Shown here: one piece after another, positions 45,738-54,725 of the stretch
How the letters are laid out: every line of letters begins with the position of its first letter
How positions within the stretch are numbered: the first letter of the stretch is position 1
Assembly: GCA_963728205.1 (NCBI GenBank)
Contig: CAVSIV010000001.1
Coordinates: forward strand, 704,001 to 768,000
Direction of reading: 5' to 3'
DNA: 64,000 nucleotides
Source of the DNA: an uncultured Chloroflexia bacterium
Lineage (GTDB): Bacteria > Chloroflexota > Dehalococcoidia > UBA2979
Made by a program: the position numbers and the translations under genes
Notes under the pieces: generated by a model
Told to the model about the DNA's origin: nothing
Databases searched by the model: none
What the model saw: the letters and a program-made list of their open reading frames with translations, nothing else

Positions 45738-47549
45738 GTGGGTGAGCGCGGCAGGGCCCGCCGCGCGGCGATCGGTGTGCTGGCGCGCCGCTTCCCCGCG
45801 CGCACCGGGGCGCTCGGCGTCCTCAGCGCACTGCAGGGCGCGCTCCCCGCCGGCTTCGCGCTCGCGGTCGGCGCGCTGGTGGGCGCCGTGCCGGTGGCGG
45901 TCGGCGCGGGATTCGACTCGCCGCCCGGGCGGCGGATGGTGGCCGCGCTCGTGGCGATCGCCGTCGTGCTCGTCGCGCAGGAGCTCGCCCGCGTCGCGCA
46001 GCACCTGCTCGCCAACGACCTCTACCGCCGCTTCGACGAGTACCTGACGGGGCGCGTGATGGCCGCGGCGCTCGCCCCGCCGGGGTTGGAGCTGTTCGAC
46101 GATCCGGAGCTCGCCGCCCAGCTCGACCGTGCGGTGCGCGTCGCGCGCTACGGGCCCGGCGAGCTGGTGAGCGGACTCGCGACGAAGTGGGTGCTGCTCG
46201 CCGAGGGCGCGGCGTCATGCGTGCTCGTCGCGCGGACGTGGCCGCTCGCGGCGCTCGGGCTGGCCGCGGCGTGGCTGGCGCTCGGCGCCGCGCTGCTGGC
46301 GTCGTACTACCACGCGAACCCGTTCTGGACAGACCCGCTGCGGCGGGCGCGCTACGTGCAGCGGATCGCGCTGATGCCCGAGTGGGCGAAGGAGGTGCGC
46401 GTCTTCGGGCTCGCGGGCTGGCTCGTCGAACGCTACTCCGAGCGCTGGCGCGAGGTGATGGACGAGCTGTGGCGGTCGCGACGCGCCGACTGGCGGCTCG
46501 TGGCGCCGCTCGCCGCCGTCGTGCTGGCGGTGAACGTCGCGGTCGCGGTGACGGCGGGGCGCGCGGCGGCCGCCGGGAGCATGTCGCTCGCGACGCTCGC
46601 GGTGCTCATGCAGGCGCTGTTCGGCGCCGCGGCGCTGGCGAGTCAGGAGGGCGACGTCTGGATCGAGAACGGCGCCGTGCCGGTGCCCGACGCGCTCGCC
46701 CTCGAGCGTGCGCTCGCGGCGCGGGCCACCGCGGCCGGGGCGCGCCCGGTGGGGGCGCTGGCCTCCGAGACGGTGCGCTTCGAGGGCGTGCGCTTTGCGT
46801 ACCCGGGTCGCGAGACCGCGGTGCTCGACGGCCTCGACCTGGAGATCCGCGGCGGGCAGTCGCTCGCGGTGGTGGGGCTGAACGGGGCCGGCAAGACGAC
46901 GCTGGTGAAGCTGCTGATGGGTCTGCACCGGCCCACCGTCGGCCGCGTGACCGTCGGCGGCGTCGATCTCGCCGCGCTCGACCCGGAGGGCTGGCGCCGC
47001 GCGACCGGCGCGATCTTCCAGGACTTCGCGCGCTACGAGCTGCCGGCGTTCGACAACGTCGTCTTCGGCGCGATCGACCGTCGCGACGACCGCGACGCGC
47101 TTGCGCGCGTGCGCAGCGCGGCCGACCGGGCCGGCGCGCTGGCGTTCCTCGACGCACTGCCTGCGGGGCTCGCGACCCCGCTCTCGCGGCGGTTCGCCGG
47201 CGGTGTCGACCTCTCGGGCGGGCAGTGGCAGCGCGTCGCGCTCGCGCGGGCGTTGATGGCCGTGGAGGGCGGCGCGCGCGTGCTCGTGCTCGACGAGCCC
47301 ACGGCGCAGCTCGACGTGCGCGGCGAGGCCGAGCTGTTCGACCGCTTCCTCGACGTCACGCGCGGCCTGACCAGCGTGCTGATCAGCCACCGCTTCTCGA
47401 CGGTGCGACGCGCCGACCGCATCGTCGTGATCGAGCACGGCCGCGTGGTGGAGCAGGGCACGCACGACGCCCTGGTCGCCGCCGGCGGGCGCTACGCGCG
47501 GCTCTTCCGGCTGCAGGCCGAGCGCTACCGGGACCGGGCTCGTGGCTGA
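45738..47549 (+). CDS. ABC exporter half-transporter (TMD+NBD)
   Basis: TM helices followed by GLNGAGKTT, LSGGQWQ, LVLDEPT, ISHRFSTVR. Confidence 0.92.
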   Translation: MGERGRARRAAIGVLARRFPARTGALGVLSALQGALPAGFALAVGALVGAVPVAVGAGFDSPPGRRMVAALVAIAVVLVAQELARVAQHLLANDLYRRFDEYLTGRVMAAALAPPGLELFDDPELAAQLDRAVRVARYGPGELVSGLATKWVLLAEGAASCVLVARTWPLAALGLAAAWLALGAALLASYYHANPFWTDPLRRARYVQRIALMPEWAKEVRVFGLAGWLVERYSERWREVMDELWRSRRADWRLVAPLAAVVLAVNVAVAVTAGRAAAAGSMSLATLAVLMQALFGAAALASQEGDVWIENGAVPVPDALALERALAARATAAGARPVGALASETVRFEGVRFAYPGRETAVLDGLDLEIRGGQSLAVVGLNGAGKTTLVKLLMGLHRPTVGRVTVGGVDLAALDPEGWRRATGAIFQDFARYELPAFDNVVFGAIDRRDDRDALARVRSAADRAGALAFLDALPAGLATPLSRRFAGGVDLSGGQWQRVALARALMAVEGGARVLVLDEPTAQLDVRGEAELFDRFLDVTRGLTSVLISHRFSTVRRADRIVVIEHGRVVEQGTHDALVAAGGRYARLFRLQAERYRDRARG

Positions 47550-49347
47550 GCGGGGTCGCGCCATCGGCCGCGTGCGCGCCGCGCACGCCATCCTCGGGCT
47601 CGCGTGGGAGGCCGACCCGCGGCGGGCGCTGCTGACGTGCGCGCTGTTCGCGCTGAACGCACTTGTGACGTCGCTCTTCGCGCTGTGGCTCAAGCTGCTC
47701 GTGGACGCGGTGCGCGCCGGCGACGCGCGCGCCGTGACGGCGGTCGCCGCGGCGATCGGCGTCTCGGTCGCAGGCGGCGCCGCGGTCGGCTTCGTGAGCT
47801 CGCGCGCCCGGATGACGCTGAACGACCGCACGCGCCACGTGCTCGACCGGCGGCTGATGGCGCTGGTCGGCGGCGCGCGCACGCTGGCGCTGCACGAGAC
47901 GCCGGAGCACCTCGCGCAGCTCGAGCTGCTGGAGCAGGAGTCGTGGGAGTTCGGGGAGGTGATCCCGTCGCTGGTCTCCCTGTTCGACACCGCGATCCGC
48001 GCCGCGATCACGGCGGTGCTGTTCGCGCAGGTCGACGCGCGGCTGCTCGTCCTACCGCTGTTCGCGCTGCCGATGCTGCTGCTCAGCCCGCGCACGAGCG
48101 ACCTCTACCGGCGGGGCGCCGACCTCACGGCGGAGCCCGCGCGCCGCGCGACGGCGATGTTCGAGCTGGCCACGCAGCCCGGCCCCGCCAAGGAGGCGCG
48201 GCTCTTTCGGCTGCAGGGCGAGCTGCTCACGCGCTTCCATGACGCGCACGAGGAGGTGCGGCGGGCACAGCGGCGGCTCTACGTGGAGGGCGAGTTCGTC
48301 GCGCTGGCGGCGCGGGCGTTCTTCCTGGCCGGGTACCTCGGGGCGATCGTGTTCGCCGCGCGCGAGGCCGCCGCCGGCCGCGTCACCGCCGGCGACGTCC
48401 TGCTCACCGCGGTGCTCGCCGGCCAGGTGCTGGGGCTCGTCACGTGGTCGGCCGAGCTGCTGCAGCAGACGTTGCGCACGCTGACGGCGGCCGGTCGCTA
48501 CGTCTACCTGGTCGACGTCGCCGAGCGCGAACGGCGGCCCGGGGCGCGCGCGGGGGCGGCGCCGGCGCGGCTGGAGAGCGGGATCCGCCTGGAACACGTC
48601 TCGTTCGGCTATCCCGGCACGACCGCCGAGGTGCTGCACGACGTGACGTTCGCGCTCCCGGCGGGATCGACGGTGGCGATCGTCGGCGAGAACGGCGCGG
48701 GGAAGACGACGCTGATCAAGCTGCTGGCCGCGCTCTACGCGCCGACCGCCGGCCGGATCCTCGTCGACGAGGTCGATCTCGCGACGGTCGACCCCGAGGG
48801 CTGGCGCGCGTGCGTCGCGGCCGGCTTCCAGGACCACGCGCGCTTCGAGTTCCTGGTGCGCGAGGCGGTTGGGCTCGGCGACCTGCCCGCCATCGACGAC
48901 GAGGTCGCGGTGGCGGCCGCGCTCGCGCGCGGCGCGGCGGAGGACGTGCTCGATGGCCTGCCGCGCGGCCTGGGCACGCAGCTGGGACCGAGCTGGCCGG
49001 GAGGCGTCGAGCTGTCGGGCGGGCAGTGGCAGAAGCTCGCGGTGGGCCGCGCCATGATGCGTCGTCATCCGCTGCTGCTGGTGCTGGACGAGCCGGCGGC
49101 CGCGCTCGACCCGCCGACCGAGCACCGCCTCTTCGACCGCTGGGCGGACGCCGCGCGTCGCGACGCCGCGGAGGCATCGACGATCACGGTCTTCGTCTCC
49201 CACCGGCTGTCGACGGTGCTGATGGCCGACCACATCGTGGTGCTCGGCCACGGCCGGGTGGTCGAGCAGGGGACGCACGACGAGCTGATGGCGCGGGACG
49301 GCCTCTATGCCGACCTGTTCGCGCTGCAGGCGCGCGCGTACCGCTGA
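47542..49347 (+). CDS. ABC exporter half-transporter (TMD+NBD), likely heterodimer partner
   Basis: Motifs GENGAGKTT, LSGGQWQK, LVLDEPA, VSHRLST. 8-nt overlap with the upstream gene. Confidence 0.92.
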   Translation: MAERGRAIGRVRAAHAILGLAWEADPRRALLTCALFALNALVTSLFALWLKLLVDAVRAGDARAVTAVAAAIGVSVAGGAAVGFVSSRARMTLNDRTRHVLDRRLMALVGGARTLALHETPEHLAQLELLEQESWEFGEVIPSLVSLFDTAIRAAITAVLFAQVDARLLVLPLFALPMLLLSPRTSDLYRRGADLTAEPARRATAMFELATQPGPAKEARLFRLQGELLTRFHDAHEEVRRAQRRLYVEGEFVALAARAFFLAGYLGAIVFAAREAAAGRVTAGDVLLTAVLAGQVLGLVTWSAELLQQTLRTLTAAGRYVYLVDVAERERRPGARAGAAPARLESGIRLEHVSFGYPGTTAEVLHDVTFALPAGSTVAIVGENGAGKTTLIKLLAALYAPTAGRILVDEVDLATVDPEGWRACVAAGFQDHARFEFLVREAVGLGDLPAIDDEVAVAAALARGAAEDVLDGLPRGLGTQLGPSWPGGVELSGGQWQKLAVGRAMMRRHPLLLVLDEPAAALDPPTEHRLFDRWADAARRDAAEASTITVFVSHRLSTVLMADHIVVLGHGRVVEQGTHDELMARDGLYADLFALQARAYR

Positions 49348-49374
49348 GCGCGCTCGGGCGCCGCGGGCCGTGGT

Positions 49375-49674
49375 TCAGCGGGTGGCTTCGAGGCAGGTCA
49401 CGCCCTCGCCGCCCACGCTCGCCGCGTGAAGGGTGCCCGGCTCGAGGTCGATCCGGTCGCCAGCCCCGAGCTCGAAGTCGCCGTCGTCCGTGTGGAAGAC
49501 GATGTCGCCGCGGAGGCACAGCAGGACCTTGTGGTAGTCGTGGGCATGGGGCGCGTACATGTCGCGCGGGACGTTCGACCACGCATAGGGGGTGAGCCCC
49601 TGCGCGCGGAACCACGCGACCGCCGCGCCGTGGGTGGGCGCTTCCAGGACCTTGGTGCTGAGCGTCGCCGCCAT
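49375..49674 (-). CDS. Small cupin domain protein
   Basis: HAHDYHKVL...GDIVF...LGAGDRIDLEPGTLHAA. AGGAG SD. Confidence 0.85.
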   Translation of the reverse strand: MAATLSTKVLEAPTHGAAVAWFRAQGLTPYAWSNVPRDMYAPHAHDYHKVLLCLRGDIVFHTDDGDFELGAGDRIDLEPGTLHAASVGGEGVTCLEATR

Positions 49675-50003
49675 CGTCACTCCTACCGCTGACCTCGGGT
49701 GCCCAGCGTAGCGAGGCGACCGCGTAGGGGCGGAATGCGCGTGATGTGGCTTCGTGATGCGCGCGTGCGGTTTCGGCGGAGACGGGTGCGCCGTCGCCGG
49801 GACGTCCCCGGCTCCGCCGGCGTCCCGTGCCTCCGTCCTGCTCCTCGCTCAGCGCGTCAACGCGGCTGCCCGGCGCCCGTCCTCCCGCCGCGCCACCCGC
49901 CACGACCGGTAGCGCGAAGCTATCTGCCTGCGCTCGCTCCGTGAACGCTGCGCTGGTTCCGGCGAGCGCGTCGCCTGCGGCGACCCGCCGCCACTCCCTC
50001 ACA

Positions 50004-50063
50004 GAAACAGCACCGCAACCGGAAGTTCATCTGCCCGAAACGCGCGAGCAAAGCTCGTGAAAC
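50004..50063 (+). promoter_or_regulatory. 11-bp-phased direct-repeat array, GlnR(OmpR-family)-like boxes upstream of amt
   Basis: Pentamers start at 50004 GAAAC, 50015 GCAAC, 50026 TTCAT, 50037 GAAAC, 50048 GCAAA and 50059 GAAAC. Each is separated by exactly 6 nt. Confidence 0.65.
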
Positions 50064-50138
50064 CTCACATGCTGAAGATGCGCTGAGGGAAAGCTGAGGC
50101 AGGGCCGCGGCGCGCGGTCCCCGGGGAGGAGAGCTCGC

Positions 50139-51569
50139 TTGGGTGCAGCGATGGGTCGGATGGTGAGGACGCGGCGGTTCTGGCTCGCGCTCGCGCTGTT
50201 GCTGGTCGGGGTGATTCCCCGCGGCATCGCGTGGGCCGATGGTCCGGACCCGACCGGCGCCGCGACGATCGACGTGGCGGCCGATCCGGGCGGCGCGGCG
50301 GTGGTGGCCGTCAACTTCACCTGGACGCTGATCGCGGCGTTCCTCGTGTTCTTCATGCAGGCGGGCTTCGCGCTTCTCGAGGCGGGGGCCACGCGCGCGC
50401 GCAACGCGGGCTCGGTGTTCATGAAGAACTTCATGGACTTCTGCATGGGCGGCCTGGCCTTCTGGGCCTTCGGCTTCGCCATCATGTTCGGCGGGTCGCA
50501 GGCGGCCCCGGGGCTCACCGACGGCAACAGGTTCTTCGGCCTGTCGGGCTTCTTCCTCGGCGGCGGCGCGAACGACGTCACGACGATGATGCTGTGGTTC
50601 TTCCAGCTCGTCTTCGCGGCGACGGCGGCGACGATCGTTTCCGGCGCGATGGCCGAGCGCACGAAGCTCAACGGCTACATGGCGTACAGCTTCCTGATCA
50701 GCGCGGTGGTCTACCCGGTCTACGGCCACTGGGTGTGGGGTGGCGGCTGGCTCGCCACGCTGTCGTTCGGCGCCGGTGCGAAGGATTTCGCGGGCTCCGG
50801 CGTCGTGCACGCGGTCGGCGGCATCGCGGCGCTGGTGGGCGCGGTGATGGTCGGTCCGCGGGTGGGCAAGTTCGGGCCGGACGGCAGGCCGCGGTCCATC
50901 CCGGGCCACAACATGGGCTACATCATCATCGGAACGATGGTCCTGTTCTTCGGCTGGTTCGGGTTCAACCCGGGCAGCACGCTGGCGGCGACGGACCTGC
51001 GCATCTCGGTGATCGCGGTGAACACGTTCCTCGCCGGCATCGCCGGCGGCGTGGTCGCGTACTACGTCCAGTTCATCCGGACGGGGCGCGCCGACATCGC
51101 GGCAACGGCCAGCGGCGCGATCGGCGGGCTCGTCGCCATCACGGCCCCGTGCGCCTACGTGGACACCTGGGCGGCCGTGGTCATCGGGGCAATCGCGGGC
51201 GTGCTGGTCATCGTCGTGGCGGAAACGCTCGAGCGGCGCTTCCACATCGACGACCCGGTGTGGGCGGTCGCGTGCCACGCCGGCGGCGGCCTGTGGGGGC
51301 TGCTCGCCGTGGGCATCTTCGCGAACGGCACGTACGGCGACGTCGGCGGGCTGCTTTCCGGGGACGGCGGCCAGATCGTGGCGCAGGTCATCAGCATGGT
51401 CGCCGTGGTTGCGTGGACCGCCATCACCTCGATCGTCATCTTCGGCTTTATCCGGGCCACGATGGGGCTCCGGGTCTCCGAGGCCGACGAGGTGGTGGGG
51501 GTCGATGCCAGCGAGTTCACGCAGCCGGGCTACGTCTTCGCGGCCGAGGAGATCGCGGCCGCCAGCTAG
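50139..51569 (+). CDS. amt: Ammonium transporter (Amt family)
   Basis: Motifs FMQAGFALLEAG, FFQLVFA, SGAMAER, HWVWGG, DFAGSGVVH, WFGFNPGS, IDDP..AVACH (both pore His). N-terminal signal peptide. TTG follows GGAGGAG. Confidence 0.96.
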   Translation: MGAAMGRMVRTRRFWLALALLLVGVIPRGIAWADGPDPTGAATIDVAADPGGAAVVAVNFTWTLIAAFLVFFMQAGFALLEAGATRARNAGSVFMKNFMDFCMGGLAFWAFGFAIMFGGSQAAPGLTDGNRFFGLSGFFLGGGANDVTTMMLWFFQLVFAATAATIVSGAMAERTKLNGYMAYSFLISAVVYPVYGHWVWGGGWLATLSFGAGAKDFAGSGVVHAVGGIAALVGAVMVGPRVGKFGPDGRPRSIPGHNMGYIIIGTMVLFFGWFGFNPGSTLAATDLRISVIAVNTFLAGIAGGVVAYYVQFIRTGRADIAATASGAIGGLVAITAPCAYVDTWAAVVIGAIAGVLVIVVAETLERRFHIDDPVWAVACHAGGGLWGLLAVGIFANGTYGDVGGLLSGDGGQIVAQVISMVAVVAWTAITSIVIFGFIRATMGLRVSEADEVVGVDASEFTQPGYVFAAEEIAAAS

Positions 51570-51623
51570 CGGACGGGCAACACCAGGAGGGCCGCCGGGC
51601 CCGTGCATGGAGGGATCGAGATC

Positions 51624-51734
51624 ATGGTCATCGTCGCAGCGCTCGCGTTTGTCGCGCTGTTCGGGGTCTTCGTCGTGCTGCCGACGCAGGTGCAGAAGTA
51701 CCACGAGCGCCGCGCGGAAGCCGAGCAGGAGTAG
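51624..51734 (+). CDS. 36-aa single-TM microprotein downstream of amt
   Basis: MVIVAALAFVALFGVFVVLPTQVQKYHERRAEAEQE, with GGAGGG 9 nt upstream and GC-ending codons. It could start at ATG 51607 if one base is missing. Below the ORF-track cutoff. Confidence 0.7.
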   Translation: MVIVAALAFVALFGVFVVLPTQVQKYHERRAEAEQE

Positions 51735-51768
51735 CGACCCGCCGGCGCCTCCCGGGCGAACGAGACGC

Positions 51769-51796
51769 GAGGCGCCCCCGGCCACGGGGGCGCCTC
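51769..51796 (+). terminator. GC-rich hairpin closing the amt-microprotein unit
   Basis: GAGGCGCCCCCG-GCCA-CGGGGGCGCCTC, a 12-bp stem with a weak U tail. Confidence 0.55.
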
Positions 51797-51902
51797 TGTG
51801 CGCGCGTGCGGGGCGGGCACGGTCGGCGCCCGGTTGCGGGCCCGGCGCGTGGTCGCTATCGTCCGCGGCTTCCCCCGGGGAAGCGCGCGAAGGAGAGCGA
51901 CG

Positions 51903-52820
51903 GTGCGCCCGCGATACGCAGCCGGCCTGGCGGCCGTCGCCCTGATCTGGGGCGCGAGCTTCCTGTTCATCAAGATCATGGTGGGCGCGATTGAGCCGGT
52001 GGCGGTGGGCTGGATCCGGCTTGGGGGCGGAGCGCTGTTCATCCTCGCGGTCGTGGCGGCGCGCGGGCGGCGGCTGCCGCCGCCGGGGCGCTGGCCGGAC
52101 GTCGCGGTCGTCGCGGTGTTCGGGAGTGCGCTGCCGTACGTGCTGATCCCCTGGGGGGAGACGCGCATCGCGTCGGGCCTCGCGGCGATCTTGAACGCGG
52201 CCACGCCGTTCTTCGCGGCGATCTTCGGGCACCTGCTGCTGTCCGCCGAGCGCATCACGCCGCGGCGCGCGCTGGGGCTGACCCTGGGGTTCATCGGCGT
52301 CGCGGTCGTGATCGGGCCGGACCTGCGGAACGTCACGAGCGGCGGCACGGCCGGCGAGCTCGCGGTCGTCGCGGCGGCGGCGAGCTACGGGATCGGGGCC
52401 GTGTACCTCCGGCGACGACTGCTCGGGATCGACTCGATGGTGCTGGCGGGGGTGCAGAGCGCGGTGGCCTGGGCGATCCTCACGCCGGTCGTGCTCGGCG
52501 CGGGGGTGGTGCCGGCGTTCGGCGAGCTGCCGCGGCGCGTGCTGCTGGCGTCGGCGGGGCTGGCGCTGCTGTCGTCGGGCGTCGCCCTGATCGTCTACTA
52601 CTGGCTGCTGAGCCACCTGCACGCCGCGCAGGCGTCGCTCGTCACCTACCTGGTCCCGGTGTCGGCGCTGTTCTGGGGGTGGCTCGTCCTCGGCGAGGTG
52701 GTGTCGCCGGACGTGCTGCCGGGCGTCGCGCTCGTGCTGACGGGGGTCGTGCTGGTGAACCGCGCGCCGCACGCCCGGCCGACGGCGGCCGCCGTCGCGA
52801 CGGTGGAGGCGGCCGAGTAG
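51903..52820 (+). CDS. DMT/EamA family transporter
   Basis: About 10 TM segments with IWGASFLFIK, SGLAAILNA and SLVTYLVPV. GTG follows AAGGAGAG. Confidence 0.9.
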   Translation: MRPRYAAGLAAVALIWGASFLFIKIMVGAIEPVAVGWIRLGGGALFILAVVAARGRRLPPPGRWPDVAVVAVFGSALPYVLIPWGETRIASGLAAILNAATPFFAAIFGHLLLSAERITPRRALGLTLGFIGVAVVIGPDLRNVTSGGTAGELAVVAAAASYGIGAVYLRRRLLGIDSMVLAGVQSAVAWAILTPVVLGAGVVPAFGELPRRVLLASAGLALLSSGVALIVYYWLLSHLHAAQASLVTYLVPVSALFWGWLVLGEVVSPDVLPGVALVLTGVVLVNRAPHARPTAAAVATVEAAE

Positions 52821-52832
52821 CGCGCCGGGCGC

Positions 52833-52866
52833 CGAACGGGCCGCCGGAATCCCGACGGCCCGTTCG
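52833..52866. terminator. Hairpin between convergent genes
   Basis: 11-bp arms CGAACGGGCCG and CGGCCCGTTCG. Confidence 0.5.
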
Positions 52867-52888
52867 CTCATGGGTGCTGGGTCGAGGC

Positions 52889-54010
52889 TCAGCGGCTCGA
52901 CGCGTGCTCGTTGGCGTGTCCGTTGGCCGGGCTTCCCGAGCCGTCCGCGGTTGCCGTCGCTGCTGGCGCCGTCCCGGTCGCGATCGGCGACGCTGTGGCG
53001 GTCGCGTCGTCGCCGTTCGCGTGCGCGGCGTCACGGTGCTCGACGCCCTGCGGCGACGCGTGCTCCGACTCGGCCGTAGCGGCCGCGCCGGCGCCGGCCG
53101 GATTCCCCTGCTGCTGCTGGCCCGCCTGGCCGAGCACCTGGATGCGGTCCACCTGGAGGTGATCGGCGTCGCAGCCCGCGAGCGTGTCCGGCAGCGGCGC
53201 GGCCGTGCACGTGCCGGAGATGAACACGCCGTAGCCGACGTAGTCGCCGAGGTTGACGCCGGTCACGTCCTCGGACGCGTCGGCGGTGGCGGTCGCCGTC
53301 GGGGTGACGGTTTCGGTCGCCTCCGCCGTCGGGTGGCCCTGCGGGTGCGCGGTTGCCGCGTGCTCGGCGGCCGGCTTGCCGGTCGCGTGCACAATCGACG
53401 GGTCGTACGCGAAGGTGATGTCGCCGTCGGCGGTCGTCACGGTCACGGTGCCGGCGTCCGCGCTCGCGACCTCGCCGCGGACGGTGAAGCTGCCGTCTGC
53501 GTGAAGCTGCGTGGTGAGATTGCCGGGAAGCTGCGTGCCCGTCGCGTGCGCGTGCTCCGCGGTCGCCGTGGCGGTCGCCGTGGCGGTCGCGGTGGTCGTC
53601 GCGGTGCCTTCCAGTTGCAGCGCCGCGTGCTCACCCGACGCGTGCGCGATGGCGTCGTGCACCGCCGGCGCGACGCCGGTCGTCTCTACGGCGACCGTGC
53701 CGCCCACCAGCACGGTCGCGCCGATGGCGACCGCCGCGATCTTGTTCGCCACGATGGCGGATAGCAGTCCACTCCACATGCTGAAACCTCCAGCCATGCG
53801 CCACCGCAGGCGTTGCCACGCCGCGCGGTTGACACGTCCGCTCGATCGATCGGTCGCAACCAGGTTCGCGATGCGTGCGCGGGCGCGAAGCATGTCGCTC
53901 GCGTCCGGCTCGAGCCCGTCGTGCGCCTCTCGAAAGAGCATCGACAGGTCCGGGTCGAGTCCGTCGCCCGGGACCGCGTCGTGCGCTCGGAGCCGCGAGA
54001 AGAGCCGCAT
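52889..54010 (-). CDS. Putative anti-sigma factor: cytoplasmic N-terminus, one TM, Thr/Ala-rich extracellular region
   Basis: Starts 2 nt after the ECF sigma stop. TM IAAVAIGATVLVGGTVAV, TATATA linkers and a beta-rich domain with two Cys. Confidence 0.6.
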   Translation of the reverse strand: MRLFSRLRAHDAVPGDGLDPDLSMLFREAHDGLEPDASDMLRARARIANLVATDRSSGRVNRAAWQRLRWRMAGGFSMWSGLLSAIVANKIAAVAIGATVLVGGTVAVETTGVAPAVHDAIAHASGEHAALQLEGTATTTATATATATATAEHAHATGTQLPGNLTTQLHADGSFTVRGEVASADAGTVTVTTADGDITFAYDPSIVHATGKPAAEHAATAHPQGHPTAEATETVTPTATATADASEDVTGVNLGDYVGYGVFISGTCTAAPLPDTLAGCDADHLQVDRIQVLGQAGQQQQGNPAGAGAAATAESEHASPQGVEHRDAAHANGDDATATASPIATGTAPAATATADGSGSPANGHANEHASSR

Positions 54011-54012
54011 CG

Positions 54013-54543
54013 TCAGCCTGCCTGCTGGTACTCGCGCTTGAATGCTCGGGTGGCACGGTGCATCAGCGCGCGGAACGCACCGTGTGAGCGGCCCATCGCC
54101 GCCGCGGCCTCGTCGCCGCTGAGGCCGACGACGTACCGCAGCTGGATCGCCTCCTGGTACTCGGCCGGCAGTCGCCCCAGCGCGTCGCGCACATCGACGG
54201 CCAGGAACTCGTCCGTCGGGCTTGCATCCACCTCCGAGAGCGCGCTGTGCGTGCGGCGCGACCGGACGTGCATGAGGAGCCGGTGGCGGGCGATGCCGAA
54301 GAGCCAGGCTTCGAACGGCTTGCCCCGCCACTCAAAGCAATCGAGCGAGCGGAACGCTTCCACGAAGGTCTCGGCAGCGAGGTCCTCGGCCGTCTCCCGT
54401 TCGGGGACGCGCACGCGGAAGTAGCGGATGAGCTTCGGGTAGTGCACCTCGAACAGCTCCTGCCAGGCGCGGCCGCTGCCGGCTCGCGCCGCCTCCACGT
54501 GCTCGCGGCCCCGGTCGGGGGTGATGGCTTCCTCCGCCGTCAT
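54013..54543 (-). CDS. ECF (sigma-70 group 4) sigma factor
   Basis: Region 2 AEDLAAETFVEAF...FEAWLFGIARH. Region 4 LGRLPAEYQEAIQLRY..GLS..EAA..MGRS.GA.RALMHRA. Confidence 0.92.
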   Translation of the reverse strand: MTAEEAITPDRGREHVEAARAGSGRAWQELFEVHYPKLIRYFRVRVPERETAEDLAAETFVEAFRSLDCFEWRGKPFEAWLFGIARHRLLMHVRSRRTHSALSEVDASPTDEFLAVDVRDALGRLPAEYQEAIQLRYVVGLSGDEAAAAMGRSHGAFRALMHRATRAFKREYQQAG

Positions 54544-54725
54544 CGCGTTTCCGCTCACATCCTGATCAGTGCACCGGGCAGGCCGGTTGTTACTCACGGT
54601 TCGAGCAGGAAACGCGCAGAATCGGCGAGCGTTCGCATGGATGCGACGGCGGGCAGGCGCTTTTCGCGGCTGCGCGGGCGACGCCGGGACTGGAGCGCCG
54701 GCGCGCGGCGGGGCAGAATCGCCGC

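Noticed and set aside
49699-50002. Short ORFs between the cupin gene and amt
   Set aside because: No SD, no motifs and atypical codon usage. Treated as a divergent promoter region.
50064-50138. Possible glutamine or other riboswitch in the amt leader
   Set aside because: No recognisable aptamer consensus. The phased DNA boxes explain the region better.
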